DNA of 64,000 nucleotides from an uncultured Gemmatimonadales bacterium (GCA_963708135.1 OY970192.1:1376001-1440000), one strand, 5' to 3'; positions 18,651 through 31,414 are shown, numbered from the stretch's first letter. The notes: generated by a model from the sequence alone, not told the origin. Numbers and translations are program-made.

Positions 18651-19742
18651 TTAGGGCGCGCGCGAGCCGTCGCTGCCCCGGCTCGACGCCCGCTCCGGCC
18701 CCGGTTCGAGCGGCGGCATGCTCTCGCGGATCCGCAGGAAGGCGTCCGAGACCAGCGGGTCGAAGTGCCGGCCGGTCTGCGCCTCGATCTCGGCGGCGAC
18801 CTTCTCCGGCGGCCATGCAGGGCGGTAGGGGCGGGTATGGGAGAGCGCGTCGTAGACGTCGGCCACGGCCACGATGCGCGCGGGCAGCGGCGTCTCGGCG
18901 CCCCTCAGGCCGGCGTAGCCGGCGCCGTCCCATCGCTCGTGGTGGTAGAGTGCGATCTCCTCCGCGAGCTGGAGCAGCGGGGAGCGGCTTCCCGAAAGCA
19001 TGCCGGCGCCGATCACCGTGTGGGCCTTCATCTCCTCGAACTCCTCCGGCGTCAGCTTGCCGGGCTTCAGGAGAATGGTGTCGGAAATGCCGATCTTGCC
19101 TATGTCGTGGAGCGGTGCCGCCTGGCGGATGAGGTCCACCTCGCTGCCGGCGAGCCCTATGGCGGCAGCCAGCAGCGCCGACACCTCGCCCACCCGCTGC
19201 GCGTGCATGCCGGTGTCGAAGTCGCGGTATTCCGCCGCGCGCGCCAGCCGCTCCAGGATCTCGAGGCGGGCCTCCTCCAGCTCCACGGTCCGGTCCCGCA
19301 CCTTCTCCTCGAGCACCAGGTTGTGCCGCCGGAGCTGCAGGTGCAGGAACCGCGTCTCGAGCAGGTTGTGGATCCGCAGCACGATCTCGGTGGCGTCGAG
19401 CGGCTTGATCAGGAAGTCCTTCGCCCCGTTGGAGAGGGCGCGCTTCTTGGCCTGGGAGGTGATGTCCGCGGTGAGCACCAGGATCGGCAGGTAGTCGTCC
19501 GCCTGGATGCGCGGCCGCAACTGCTCCATGACGGCGAAGCCGTCGAGGTGCGGCATGTGCAGGTCGAGCAGCACGAGGTCCGGCCGGAACTCCAGGAACA
19601 ACGGCAGCACGTGGCGCGGATCCGTCGTCGTCCGCAGTTGGCTGTACCCGGCGCGCTGGAGGATTCGCTCGAGGAGCAGCACGTTCGGCGCCTCGTCATC
19701 GACGATGAGGACGCGTCCTTCGTGAACCGCCGGTTCCGCCAA
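18651..19742 (-). CDS. Response regulator with REC and HD-GYP phosphodiesterase domains (RpfG-like)
   Basis: [18 protein letters not shown] receiver motifs; [34 protein letters not shown] start with GAGGAGG SD. Confidence 0.9.
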   Translation of the reverse strand: MAEPAVHEGRVLIVDDEAPNVLLLERILQRAGYSQLRTTTDPRHVLPLFLEFRPDLVLLDLHMPHLDGFAVMEQLRPRIQADDYLPILVLTADITSQAKKRALSNGAKDFLIKPLDATEIVLRIHNLLETRFLHLQLRRHNLVLEEKVRDRTVELEEARLEILERLARAAEYRDFDTGMHAQRVGEVSALLAAAIGLAGSEVDLIRQAAPLHDIGKIGISDTILLKPGKLTPEEFEEMKAHTVIGAGMLSGSRSPLLQLAEEIALYHHERWDGAGYAGLRGAETPLPARIVAVADVYDALSHTRPYRPAWPPEKVAAEIEAQTGRHFDPLVSDAFLRIRESMPPLEPGPERASSRGSDGSRAP

Positions 19743-20051
19743 GTGCGAGGCCTCCTCGCCGTGCCGGGTCGAACGAGCTGAATGGGCACCGCCGGGCGAG
19801 GCAACTCCAAGCACGCGCAAGCGCCGCCTGCCCTCGCCGTGCCCCGAACGCAGCGGTGGATTGGGTACTGCCTCAGCGGTCCTGATCGGCCTAACGCTAA
19901 GTACGACAACATCGGAAATCAAGATCGCATCGGGCGCCGAAGGCCGCCCGGGCGGCCGCCGGAACGACATCCGCGGTTGACGCCGTCCCGCGCCAGCCGC
20001 ATCCTTGGCGCCGGCGCCGGCCCCTACCACGAAACAGCCAGGAGAGGTTCC

Positions 20052-21356
20052 ATGCGACGCCGTCCGTTCCGCCGTCCGGCCCCCTTCCGCCTCCTCCTCG
20101 CGGCGCTGCTCGCCGGGGCCGCCGCGGCACTCGGCGCCGCGCCGCCGCGAGCGGCCGCGCCGCCGCGCTGCGCGCAGGGGAACGGGGGCATCACGTTGCC
20201 ACGTGGCTTCTGCGCCGTCGTGGTCGCCGACAGCCTCGAGGGTCCCCGGCACCTCGCCGTCGCGCCGAACGGCGACCTCTACGTCGCCCTCGTGGGCCGG
20301 CGGGGACAGGGCGGCGGCATCGTCGCCCTGCGCGATACGACCGACGACGGCCGGGCCGACGTCGTGCGCCGCTTCGGCACCGTCGGTGGGACCGGTCTCG
20401 CGTTGCGCGGGAACCATCTCTACTTCGCGCCCAACGGCGCGGTGCTGCGCTACACGATTTCCGCCGACGCGCTGGCGCCCACCGCGCCGCCGGACACGAT
20501 CGTGGCGGGACTGCCGGCCCAGCACGGGCATACGATGAAGGCGATCGTGCTTGGGCCGGACGACGCACTCTACGTCAACGTCGGCTCCCCCAGCAACTCC
20601 TGCCAGGCGGCCGACCGCGAGCTCCGCTCGCCTGGCCACGACCCCTGCACGCAGCTCGAGACGCGCGCCGGCATCTGGCGCTTCCACGCGGATCGCACCG
20701 GTCAGACGCAGGCCGATGGGGTCCGCTTCGCCACGGGCATCCGCAACGCCGTCGGGCTCACCATCGGAGGGGACGGCGCGCTCTGGGCTACGCAGCACGG
20801 GCGCGACCAGCTCTTTCAGAGCTGGCCCTCTCTCTACAATGCGCGCCAGGGCGCGGAGCTGCCCTCGGAGGAGCTGCTCCGCGTCACCCGCGGGGCCGAT
20901 TTCGGCTGGCCCTACTGCTACCACGACTGGCACAAGGGCCACCTCGTGCTCGCCCCCGAGTACGGCGGCAACGGGACGCGCGTCGGGCGCTGCGCGGACA
21001 AGCAGGAGCCCGTCGTCGCATTCCCCGGCCACTGGGCGCCCGACGGCCTCCTCTACTACCGTGGCGACGCCTTCCCCGAGCACTACCGCGGCGGCTTCTT
21101 CATCGCCTTCCACGGCTCCTGGAACCGCGCGCCGGAGCCGCAGGCCGGCTACAAGGTCGTCTTCGTCCCAATGCACGGGAACAGGCCGGGACGCTACGAG
21201 ACCTTCGCCGACGGCTTCGCCGGCGCCAGCGTGCAGCCGGGCACCGCCGCCCACCGGCCGACGGGGCTGGCGGAGGGCCCGGACGGCTCGCTCTACGTCA
21301 GCGACGACCTGGGCGGCCGCATCTGGCGAATCATGCCCCTGCCGGAGGAGCGCTGA
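20052..21356 (+). CDS. Secreted glucose/sorbosone dehydrogenase-family (PQQ-type) beta-propeller protein
   Basis: Signal peptide; [49 protein letters not shown]. Confidence 0.88.
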   Translation: MRRRPFRRPAPFRLLLAALLAGAAAALGAAPPRAAAPPRCAQGNGGITLPRGFCAVVVADSLEGPRHLAVAPNGDLYVALVGRRGQGGGIVALRDTTDDGRADVVRRFGTVGGTGLALRGNHLYFAPNGAVLRYTISADALAPTAPPDTIVAGLPAQHGHTMKAIVLGPDDALYVNVGSPSNSCQAADRELRSPGHDPCTQLETRAGIWRFHADRTGQTQADGVRFATGIRNAVGLTIGGDGALWATQHGRDQLFQSWPSLYNARQGAELPSEELLRVTRGADFGWPYCYHDWHKGHLVLAPEYGGNGTRVGRCADKQEPVVAFPGHWAPDGLLYYRGDAFPEHYRGGFFIAFHGSWNRAPEPQAGYKVVFVPMHGNRPGRYETFADGFAGASVQPGTAAHRPTGLAEGPDGSLYVSDDLGGRIWRIMPLPEER

Positions 21357-21474
21357 CCCCCGCCCTGGGGCCACGGGGCACGCGTATGGAAACCGCTCCG
21401 AGGGGGCGGTGTACGCAGGTAAAGGCCGCCCGTCGGTGGCCTCTCGCGGCGCTGCGCGCGGCGCCCGCGGATCG

Positions 21475-21503
21475 TTGACAACGCGTTGGTCTCGTGCCAG
21501 CTT
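21475..21503 (+). promoter_or_regulatory. Putative sigma70 promoter of secDF
   Basis: TTGACA-17 nt-CAGCTT. Confidence 0.5.
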
Positions 21504-21569
21504 ACGGGCTTGTTCCCGAAACGCGGCTGACCCGCGCGAAGCTCGCGAACTCTCACCGGAAGACGGTTC

Positions 21570-23240
21570 ATGTTCGGCACGCTCAAGGGCCGGATCCTCG
21601 TCATCCTGGCCGTGCTGGCCGTGGCGGGGTTCTACCTCTACAGTCACGGCCTGAAGCTCGGCCTGGACCTGCAGGGCGGGATGCACCTGGCCCTCGAGGT
21701 CTCGGATCCGAACCACACCATGACACCGAAGGTGCGCGCGGACGCCACGGACCGGGCGCTCGAGATCATCCGCAACCGGATCAATAGTTTCGGCGTGCAG
21801 GAGCCGCTCGTGCAGAAGGTCGGCTCGGACCGCATCCTGGTGGAGCTGGCGGGCATCCGGGACCCGGCGCGCGCCAAGAAGGTGATCGAGCAGACGGCAT
21901 TTCTCCAGTTCGAGTTGGTGAAGAAGGGCGGGGAGGTGATGCAGGACCTGCCGCGGATCGATCGCGCGGTGCTCGCCTCGGTCGGGCCGGAGGGGGTCAA
22001 GGCCGGCGCGGCCGGGACACCCGCGGGCAAGCAGGGCGCGCCGCAGCAGACGCTGAACCTGATCTTCGGGCGCAAGGACTCCGCCGCCGCGGGCAAGGAC
22101 ACGACGGCGGGCGGGAGCGACACGACGAAGGCCGGCGCCGCCGCGACGGCCTCGGACACCGCGGCCGGCGCGCAGGACACGGTCGCCGCCCAGCGGCCCT
22201 TCAGCAGTCTCCTCCTGGAAAGCGGGTCGGAGGGCGAGTTCCTGGTGGCGGAAAACGATGTGCCGGCGGTGACCAGGTACCTGTCTCTGCCGGAGGTGCA
22301 ACGCTCGCTGCCGCGCAACACCACGCTGCTCTGGTCGGCGCACCCGGAGGGGAAGGGTGCCAGCCTCTACCGCCGGCTGTACGCGCTCGATGACCGGCCG
22401 TTCCTCACGGGCGACCAGCTCGAGGACGCGCAGGCGGGCCGCGATCCGCAGTTCAATCAGACGATCGTCAGCTTCCAGCTGAACCGGCGCGGCGGGCGCA
22501 CGTTCCAGAACGTGACGAGCCAGCACATCGGGGACCTGATCGCGATCGTGCTGGACAACAAGGTCTACAGCGCGCCGGTCGTGCAGTCGGAGATCGGGGC
22601 GCGCGGTCAGATCGAGATGGGCCAGTCGCCGATGACGGAGGCGCGCGACCTGGCGCTCGTGCTCCGGGCCGGCGCGCTGCCGGCGCCGCTGCACGTGGTG
22701 GAGGAGCGCACGGTGGGCCCGTCACTCGGCGCGGATTCGGTGAGCAAGGGCAAGCTGGCCGGGATCGCCGGCATCCTGATCGTGATCCTGATCATGCTGG
22801 GCTACTACCACTTCGCCGGGTTCCTGGCGGTCACGGCGCTGTGCAGCTACGTGCTGGTCGTGCTGGGCGGGCTCGCGGCCTTCAACGCCACGCTGACGGC
22901 GCCCGGGATCGCCGGCTTCATCCTGTCGATCGGGATGGGCGTGGACGCGAACGTGCTGATCTTCGAGCGCATCCGCGAGGAGCTCACCGGGGGCAGGACC
23001 GTGCGCGCGGCCGTGGATGCCGGCTTCCAGGAAGCGATGTCGGCCATCATCGACACGCACCTGACCACACTGATCACGGCGCTGATCCTCTACTACGTCG
23101 GGACGGGCGCGGTGCGCGGCTTCGCCGTCACGCTCTCGGTGGGTATCGTCGCTTCCTTCTTCTCCTCGGTCTTCGTGACCCGCACGCTGTTCCTGCTCTA
23201 CATGGAGCGGCGGGCGTCCACGGAGCCGATCAGCATCTGA
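21570..23240 (+). CDS. secD: Protein translocase subunit SecD
   Basis: [49 protein letters not shown]. Confidence 0.97.
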   Translation: MFGTLKGRILVILAVLAVAGFYLYSHGLKLGLDLQGGMHLALEVSDPNHTMTPKVRADATDRALEIIRNRINSFGVQEPLVQKVGSDRILVELAGIRDPARAKKVIEQTAFLQFELVKKGGEVMQDLPRIDRAVLASVGPEGVKAGAAGTPAGKQGAPQQTLNLIFGRKDSAAAGKDTTAGGSDTTKAGAAATASDTAAGAQDTVAAQRPFSSLLLESGSEGEFLVAENDVPAVTRYLSLPEVQRSLPRNTTLLWSAHPEGKGASLYRRLYALDDRPFLTGDQLEDAQAGRDPQFNQTIVSFQLNRRGGRTFQNVTSQHIGDLIAIVLDNKVYSAPVVQSEIGARGQIEMGQSPMTEARDLALVLRAGALPAPLHVVEERTVGPSLGADSVSKGKLAGIAGILIVILIMLGYYHFAGFLAVTALCSYVLVVLGGLAAFNATLTAPGIAGFILSIGMGVDANVLIFERIREELTGGRTVRAAVDAGFQEAMSAIIDTHLTTLITALILYYVGTGAVRGFAVTLSVGIVASFFSSVFVTRTLFLLYMERRASTEPISI

Positions 23241-23259
23241 CGCCAGGACGGGCACGGAC

Positions 23260-24225
23260 ATGCGACTCTTCGGGCACGCCAGCTTCAAGTTCATCGAGAG
23301 CCGGAAGAAGGCCTATATCGGCAGCGCCATCATGCTCAGCCTGGGCATCGCGATGGCGGTCTTCTGGCAGATCCAGAAAGGCTCCTGGCTGAACTACGGC
23401 GTGGACTTCACCGGCGGCACGCTGGTCCAGGTCCACTTCAATCAGCCGGTACAGGTTTCGAGGCTGCGCGACGTGGTGAATTCCACGCTGCCGGGCACGG
23501 AGATCACCAAGTTCGGCGCGGAGAACGAGTTCCTCATTCGTGCGCCGCAGTTCACGGCCGGAGGCGAGAGCGGCGCCGTGGGCGAGCGGGTGAACACCGC
23601 GCTTACGCAGACGTTCGGGCAGCAGGCGTTCCGCGTGGTACGCACGGAGGCGGTGGGCGCGAAGGTCGGCGGCGAGCTCCAGAGCAGGGCGCTGCTCGCC
23701 GTGCTGGTCTCCTTCTTCGCCACGCTGCTCTACCTGGCGTTCCGCTTCGAGTGGCGCTTCGGGCTGGCCGCGACCCTGGCCACGTTCCACGACATCATCT
23801 TCACGCTCGGCTTCATTGCCGCGTTCCGGGTGGATGTGTCGCTGCCCACCGTGGCGGCGGTGCTGACGATCGTCGGCTACTCGCTGAACGACACGGTCAT
23901 CATCTTCGATCGGATCCGCGAGAACCTGAAGAAGTACGGGCGCAAGAAACCCTACATCGACATCCTGGACGAATCCATCAACGAGACGCTGCCGCGCACC
24001 GTGCTTACGGCGGGTACCACGCTGGCCACCCTGTACGCGCTGTTCTTCCTGGGCGGCGAGACGCTGAGGGCGTTCGCCGAGATCCTCATCGTCGGCATCA
24101 TGACGGGGACCTACTCCTCGATCTTCGTGGCATCCCCGATCCTGCTGGAGATCGAGAAGCGCTGGGGGGAGTCGACCAAGCGCAGCCGCGCCCGGCCCTC
24201 GCCCGCCACGGCCGCGCGGGTTTGA
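23260..24225 (+). CDS. secF: Protein translocase subunit SecF
   Basis: YGVDFTGG, FHDII, GYSLNDTVIIFDRIREN, GTYSSIFVA. Confidence 0.97.
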   Translation: MRLFGHASFKFIESRKKAYIGSAIMLSLGIAMAVFWQIQKGSWLNYGVDFTGGTLVQVHFNQPVQVSRLRDVVNSTLPGTEITKFGAENEFLIRAPQFTAGGESGAVGERVNTALTQTFGQQAFRVVRTEAVGAKVGGELQSRALLAVLVSFFATLLYLAFRFEWRFGLAATLATFHDIIFTLGFIAAFRVDVSLPTVAAVLTIVGYSLNDTVIIFDRIRENLKKYGRKKPYIDILDESINETLPRTVLTAGTTLATLYALFFLGGETLRAFAEILIVGIMTGTYSSIFVASPILLEIEKRWGESTKRSRARPSPATAARV

Positions 24226-24250
24226 GCCGCGCGCGCCGGCACGGCGCCCG

Positions 24251-24282
24251 GAAGGCCGCCTCCGCCGGGGGCGGCCTTCTTC
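24251..24282 (+). terminator. Hairpin after secF (probable terminator)
   Basis: GAAGGCCGCCTCC-GCC-GGGGGCGGCCTTC followed by TTC. Confidence 0.55.
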
Positions 24283-24295
24283 GCGCCCGGAGGTC

Positions 24296-25069
24296 GTGAT
24301 GCTCTTCGATTCGCACTGTCACCTCACGGATGAGCGCCTCATCGGCGAGGTGGACGATGTGGTCGCACGCGCCCGCGCGGTCGGCGTGGACCGCATGGTC
24401 ACGGTCGGTACCGGCCCCGACGACGCCGAGGCGGCCGCGTCGCTCGCGGCGCGCCTGCCGGGCGTCTGGGCGAGCGCCGGCATCCATCCGCACGACGCGG
24501 CGGGCGCGGACGACGCCTCGCTCGGCCGGATCCGTGAGCTGCTCTCGAGACCCCGCATGGTCGCGCTCGGTGAGATCGGCCTGGACTACCACTACGACCA
24601 TTCGCCCCGCGACGCGCAGCGGCGCGCGTTCCGGCGTCAGCTCGAGATGGCGGGGGAGCTCGACCTGCCGGTGATCGTCCACTCGCGCGAAGCCGATGCC
24701 GACACGGCGGCCCTGATCGCCGAGGCAGCCGGTTCCGTTCGCGGCGTGCTGCACTGCTTCGCGGGCGGAAAGGCGCTGCTCGACGCGGGGCTCGCCGCCG
24801 GCTGGTCGATCTCCTTCTCGGGGCTGATCAGCTTCCGCAACTACGACGGCGCCGACCTGGTCCGCGCCGTCCCGGCCGACCGGCTCCTGATCGAAACCGA
24901 CAGCCCGTACCTCGCGCCCGTTCCCCGCCGCGGCAAGCGCAACGAGCCCGCGTTCGTGCGCCACGTCGCGGAGGCGGCCGCGACGCTCCGGGACGAGCCC
25001 TTCGAGACCCTCGCGCGCCGCTCGTCGGCGAACGCGGCGGAGTTCTACGGCCTCGCGCCGGGCGAGTGA
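24296..25069 (+). CDS. tatD: TatD-family DNase
   Basis: DSHCHL, GIHPH, GEIGLDY, HSREA, HCF, ETDSPYLAP. Confidence 0.93.
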   Translation: MMLFDSHCHLTDERLIGEVDDVVARARAVGVDRMVTVGTGPDDAEAAASLAARLPGVWASAGIHPHDAAGADDASLGRIRELLSRPRMVALGEIGLDYHYDHSPRDAQRRAFRRQLEMAGELDLPVIVHSREADADTAALIAEAAGSVRGVLHCFAGGKALLDAGLAAGWSISFSGLISFRNYDGADLVRAVPADRLLIETDSPYLAPVPRRGKRNEPAFVRHVAEAAATLRDEPFETLARRSSANAAEFYGLAPGE

Positions 25070-25192
25070 TTTTCGTGCCCGGATCCCGTATCTTTCCACG
25101 TCGCGGAGCGACGCCCCGTGCGTCTCACCGCCGCGGTCGTCGCGGTCGCTCGTGAACGTGAACGCATGCGAAGGCCGGGTCGAGATTCCCTG

Positions 25193-26969
<1,777 letters not shown>

Positions 26970-26977
<8 letters not shown>

Positions 26978-27929
26978 GCCGGTCGGGGGCGGCCGGCCGG
27001 ACGCCCTGGCGATCACCGGCGCCACCGCCACCGGCAAGACGGCGCTCGCCCTCGAGGTGGCCGCGCGGCTGGACGGCGAGGTCGTCTCCGCGGACTCCCG
27101 GCAGGTCTATCGCGGGATGGACATTGGCACGGCCAAGGCGACGGCGGCGGAGCGCGCGGCCGTGCCGCACCACGGGCTGGACCTCATCTCGCCCGCCGAG
27201 CGCTACAGCGCCGGACGCTTCGCGAGGGAGGCGCGCGGCTGGGTCGCGGGCATCCGGGCGCGCGGCCGCGTTCCCCTCCTGGTCGGCGGGACGGGCTTCT
27301 TCCTGCGCGCGCTCACGCACCCGCTCTTCCGCGAGCCCGCGCTGGAGGCCGAGCGGCGCCGCGCCCTGGAGCGCTGGCTCCGGCCGCTCAGCGATGCGAA
27401 ACTTCTCGCCTGGCTGCGCGCTTTGGATCCTGCGACGGCGTCCGTCCTCGAGCGGGGCGGCGGACGGCAACGCAGGCTGCGCGCGCTGGAAGTTGCCCTG
27501 CTGAGCGGGCGTCCGCTATCGTGGTGGCACGCCCACGCACCCGCGCCGGAGCAGCCGCTCGATCTGCTCGTGTTCGTCCTCGAGATGCCGCGCGAGGCGC
27601 TCTACCGCCGCATCGATGCGCGCGTCGACGCGATGCTCGAGGCCGGCCTCGTGGAGGAGGTGCGGCGGGTCGTGGCGGCGTGGGGAGAGGGCGCGCCTGG
27701 GATGAGTGCCACCGGCTACGCCGAGCTCGCGCCGTACCTGCGCGGGGAGACGTCGCTCGCGGTGGCGGCGGACATGGTCCGGCGGGCGACGCGCCGCTAC
27801 GCGCGCCGCCAGCAGACCTGGCTCCGGCACCAGCTGCCGGCCGGCGCCGTTCGGCTGGACGCGACCCGTTCCGTTGCGGAGCTCGCCGATGATATCGCCG
27901 CACGCTGGCGGCGGGAGGAGGCATCCTGA
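26970..27929 (+). CDS. miaA: tRNA dimethylallyltransferase
   Basis: GATATGKT, SADSRQVYRGMDIGTAK, VGGTG, TRRYARRQ. Confidence 0.96.
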
Positions 27930-29047
27930 AGATCGGCATCACTTGCTACCCCGTCTACGGCGGCTCCGGCGTCGTGGCCACGGAGCTCGGGCTGCAGCTC
28001 GCGGCTCGCGGCCACGAGGTCCACTTCATCAGCTACGCCCAGCCGTTCCGCCTCCCCTACTTCGTGGAGCGCGTCTACTACCACGAGGTGGACGTCCCCA
28101 CCTACCCCCTCTTCGACTACCCTCCGTACGCCGTGGCGCTCACGGCCGCCATGCACAACACGGCCGTGAAGCGGGGGCTCGACCTGCTCCACGTGCACTA
28201 CGCCGTGCCGCACGCGACCTCCGCCTGGATGGCGCGCGAGATGCTCGGGCGCGACGACTTCAAGGTCGTCACCACCCTGCACGGCACCGACATCACGCTG
28301 GTCGGGCAGGACCCATCCTTCTACTCGATCACCCGCTTCTCCATCCAGAAGTCGGATGGGCTCACCGCGGTGTCGAACTACCTGAAGCGCGAGACCGTGG
28401 TGCGCTTCGACGTGGCGCCGGAGCGCATCCGCGTGGTCCCGAACTTCGTGGATCTGGACAAGTACCGGCGCGACCAGTACCCCTGCCACCGCGCCAAGCT
28501 GGCGGAGGAGGGCGAGAAGATCCTCATGCACATCTCCAACTTCCGGCCGGTCAAGCGCATCACCGACGCCGTCCGCATCTTCGCGCGCGTGAACCGCCGC
28601 ATGCCATCCCGGCTCGTGCTCATCGGCGACGGGCCCGAGCGCGGCCGCGTGCAACAGGTGGCGGAGGAAGAAGGGATCTCGGATCGTGTCACGCTGCTCG
28701 GGAAGCAGGAGTCGGTGGCGGAGCTGCTGTCGTGCGCGGACCTGCTGCTGCTGCCGAGCGAGTCGGAGGCCTTCGGACTCGTCGCCCTCGAAGCCATGGC
28801 GTGCGGGGTCCCGGTCGTCGCCACCGCGGTCGGCGGCCTGCCCGAGGTCGTGCCGCAGGGGCATGGCGGGTTCCTCGCCCCGGTGGGAGCGCTGGAGGAG
28901 ATGGCGCAGGATGCCGTCTACCTGCTCGAGAGCAGGGAGCGGTGGAACGAGGCAAGCGCCGCGGCCAGGCGGGCGGCCGAGCGCTACGATGCGAACCGCG
29001 TCGTGCCTCTCTACGTGGAGTACTACGAAGAGGTGCTCGGACGGTGA
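27926..29047 (+). CDS. bshA: N-acetyl-alpha-D-glucosaminyl L-malate synthase (bacillithiol synthesis), CTG start
   Basis: KIGITCYPVYGGSGVVATELG, HVHYAVPHA, TTLHGTDITLVG, HISNFRPVKR, ESEAFGLVALEAM; the conserved N-terminus requires the CTG at 27926. Confidence 0.92.
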   Translation: MKIGITCYPVYGGSGVVATELGLQLAARGHEVHFISYAQPFRLPYFVERVYYHEVDVPTYPLFDYPPYAVALTAAMHNTAVKRGLDLLHVHYAVPHATSAWMAREMLGRDDFKVVTTLHGTDITLVGQDPSFYSITRFSIQKSDGLTAVSNYLKRETVVRFDVAPERIRVVPNFVDLDKYRRDQYPCHRAKLAEEGEKILMHISNFRPVKRITDAVRIFARVNRRMPSRLVLIGDGPERGRVQQVAEEEGISDRVTLLGKQESVAELLSCADLLLLPSESEAFGLVALEAMACGVPVVATAVGGLPEVVPQGHGGFLAPVGALEEMAQDAVYLLESRERWNEASAAARRAAERYDANRVVPLYVEYYEEVLGR

Positions 29048-29910
29048 GCGCCCCCGTGGCCCCGGGCGGCGACCTCGTCGCCGACTCCTGGGAGGGCGAG
29101 ACCCGCGCCCACTGGCAAGCGTTCTGGGCGGTCCCGGCGCTCCACATCTACCAGCGCGCCGGCTCGACGAACGACATCGCCCGGCGGCTGGCGGAGGCGG
29201 GCGCGCCGGCCGGGACCGTCGTGCTGACCCGGGAGCAGCCGGCTGGACGCGGGCAGCACGGACGCGTCTGGCACGTCGCGCCGGGGAAGGCGCTGCCGCT
29301 CTCCATCGTGCTGCGCCCCCGGCCGGTGGTCGGGCCGGATGCGAGTCCGGCCGTGGTGCCGCTCCGCGTGGGCATGGCCCTGGCCCGCGCCCTCGAGCGG
29401 GCCACCGGCGCCGCCATCGGCCTCAAGTGGCCGAACGACATCGTGCTGCAGGACCGCAAGGTCGGGGGCATCCTGTGCGAGGGTGCGCTCTCCTTCGCCG
29501 GCGACGGCTTCATCGTGGCCGGCATAGGAGTGAACGTCCGCCAGGCGCCGGCCGACTGGCCGGAGGCCGTCCGGCCCCTGGCCACCTCGCTCGAGATGGC
29601 GACGGGCGCCCCGGTCTCGCTTCCGGGCGTGGCCGGCGCCATCATCGCCGAAGTGCTCGCGCTGGGAGCCGGCGCCGCGCTGCCGCTCTCGGCGGATGAG
29701 GTGGGGGAGTTCGCCCGCCGGGACGTGCTCCGCGGCCGCGCCGTCACGCTCGATGGCGAGCCCGCGGGCACCGCGCTCGGCCTCGATCGATCCGGCGCGC
29801 TCCTCGTCCGCTCGCCGGGTGGCGCCGTCCGGGTCCTCCGGTCGGGGACGGTCCGACCCGCCTGCGTCGCCGCGCTGGCGGACGTCCACAGACAGCCCAC
29901 GAGTCCATGA
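29044..29910 (+). CDS. birA: Biotin-protein ligase without HTH domain
   Basis: GTGA overlap; STND, QPAGRGQHGRVW, KWPND, KVGGILCE, GIGVN. Confidence 0.92.
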   Translation: MSAPVAPGGDLVADSWEGETRAHWQAFWAVPALHIYQRAGSTNDIARRLAEAGAPAGTVVLTREQPAGRGQHGRVWHVAPGKALPLSIVLRPRPVVGPDASPAVVPLRVGMALARALERATGAAIGLKWPNDIVLQDRKVGGILCEGALSFAGDGFIVAGIGVNVRQAPADWPEAVRPLATSLEMATGAPVSLPGVAGAIIAEVLALGAGAALPLSADEVGEFARRDVLRGRAVTLDGEPAGTALGLDRSGALLVRSPGGAVRVLRSGTVRPACVAALADVHRQPTSP

Positions 29911-30731
29911 CCCTCGTCTTCGACATCGGCAACACCGAGACCGTGATCGGCCTCTTCGAGGCCGCGGAGCTCCTCGACCACTGGCGGATCTCGACCGCCC
30001 CGGAACGGACCGTGGACGAGCTGGGGCTCCTCGTGCGCTCCCTCATCCGCGAGTCCGGCTTCGAGCTCCACCACCTGAGCGGCGCCGCCATCGGCTCCGT
30101 CGTTCCCCAGGTCAACGCGATCTTCATGGAGGCCTGCCAGCGCCACCTCGGCCCCACCCCCGTCCTCGTGGACGCTCGCTCGCCTCTCCCGATCCGCCTC
30201 GACGTCGAGGAGCCCTTCTCCGTCGGCGCGGACCGCATCGTCAACACGCTCGCCGCCTCCCGTCTCTACCAGACCGACACCATTGCCGTCGATTTCGGCA
30301 CGGCCACCACCTTCGACTGCATCTCGGCTGACGGCATCTTCCGCGGCGGCGTCATCATGCCGGGCGTGCGAACCGGCGCCGAGACGCTCGTGCGCCGCAC
30401 CGCCAAGCTGCCGCGGGTCAACCTCTCGCCCCCCGAGACCATCATCGGCCGCCGCACGGAGGCCTCGCTCCGCAGCGGCATCTTCTACGGCACCGTCGAT
30501 GCCATCGACGGGATCGTCCGCCGCATCCGCGAGGAGTGGGGACGACCCCACGCTCTCGTCGTCGCCACCGGCGGGCTGGCGCCGCTGGTCGCCCCGCACT
30601 GCCGCTCCGTGGACCGGATCGAGCCGTTCCTCACCCTCTACGGCCTCGACCTCGCCCACGACTTCATCGTCCACGGCCCCGGCGGCCGCGTGACCTCGCT
30701 CAAGCCACCCCCCGGACGGGGACGCCGCTGA
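29907..30731 (+). CDS. coaX: Type III pantothenate kinase
   Basis: FDIGNT, VGADR, VDFGTATTFD, ATGG. Confidence 0.96.
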   Translation: MTLVFDIGNTETVIGLFEAAELLDHWRISTAPERTVDELGLLVRSLIRESGFELHHLSGAAIGSVVPQVNAIFMEACQRHLGPTPVLVDARSPLPIRLDVEEPFSVGADRIVNTLAASRLYQTDTIAVDFGTATTFDCISADGIFRGGVIMPGVRTGAETLVRRTAKLPRVNLSPPETIIGRRTEASLRSGIFYGTVDAIDGIVRRIREEWGRPHALVVATGGLAPLVAPHCRSVDRIEPFLTLYGLDLAHDFIVHGPGGRVTSLKPPPGRGRR

Positions 30732-30875
30732 GCCCGCTGAGCCCGCGTCCCACTGGAAATCGGCCCCGCCCTCGATTAGCTTCCGCCGTTGCTCGCCGCC
30801 GGGGACCGCCCCCGGGCCCCCGCTCCGGGGCCGGCGGACGGGCAGACCACCGCGCCTGAAGGGGGTGAGTTCCGC

Positions 30876-31076
30876 ATGATCGAGGTGACGCTCGGCGAGA
30901 GCGACCGGCTGGACTGGGCGCTCAAGCAGTTCCGCCGAAAGCTGATCCGCTCCGGCCTGCTCAAGGAGATCAAGAAGAAGCGCTTCTACGAGAAGCCCAG
31001 CGAGGCCCGGAAGCGCAAGGCCGCTGCCGCCCGCCGCCGCGGCGGGCGCGCGCGCCGGAACGCCGCGCGAGGCTAG
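30876..31076 (+). CDS. rpsU: 30S ribosomal protein S21
   Basis: ALKQFRRK..GLLKEIKKKRFYEKPSEARKRK. Confidence 0.93.
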   Translation: MIEVTLGESDRLDWALKQFRRKLIRSGLLKEIKKKRFYEKPSEARKRKAAAARRRGGRARRNAARG

Positions 31077-31128
31077 GCACACTCCGCGCGCCGGACGGCC
31101 CGGGCGATGCCCAACGGCGCGCACCAGC

Positions 31129-31170
31129 CGCGGGAGGGAGGCGACGAGCTCGCCTCCCTCCTGCGCGTTC
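31129..31170 (+). terminator. Hairpin after rpsU
   Basis: CGCGGGAGGGAGGCGA-CGAGC-TCGCCTCCCTCCTGCG; weak U tract. Confidence 0.5.
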
Positions 31171-31414
31171 CTGCCTCCGCCCGCCGGGATCGGCGCCCGC
31201 ACGGGCCAACATCCTCTCAAGACCCCCGCCCCTGACCGCTTTCAGACCACCCGCCTCCGCCGGGACGAGCCGGATTCCGCCGCACCAACTCGGCTTCGTC
31301 GTCATCGCCCGATCCCTCCGCGCCGGGAGCGTCAGATCGGCAGGCGCAGGTGTCGTTCTGGCACCCGCGCCGGGCATGCGGGGTGCAACGCGCGCGCGGG
31401 CCGCGGCGGCCTGC

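Noticed and set aside
18651..22694. 1347-aa minus-strand ORF in the track
   Set aside because: Only the last 363 aa (REC-HD-GYP, from TTG 19742) are protein-like; the rest is antisense shadow of secD and the sugar dehydrogenase
31372..31388. Sigma54-like GG-N10-GC upstream of groES
   Set aside because: Deviates from TGGCAC..TTGC; a sigma70 promoter plus CIRCE already explains the locus
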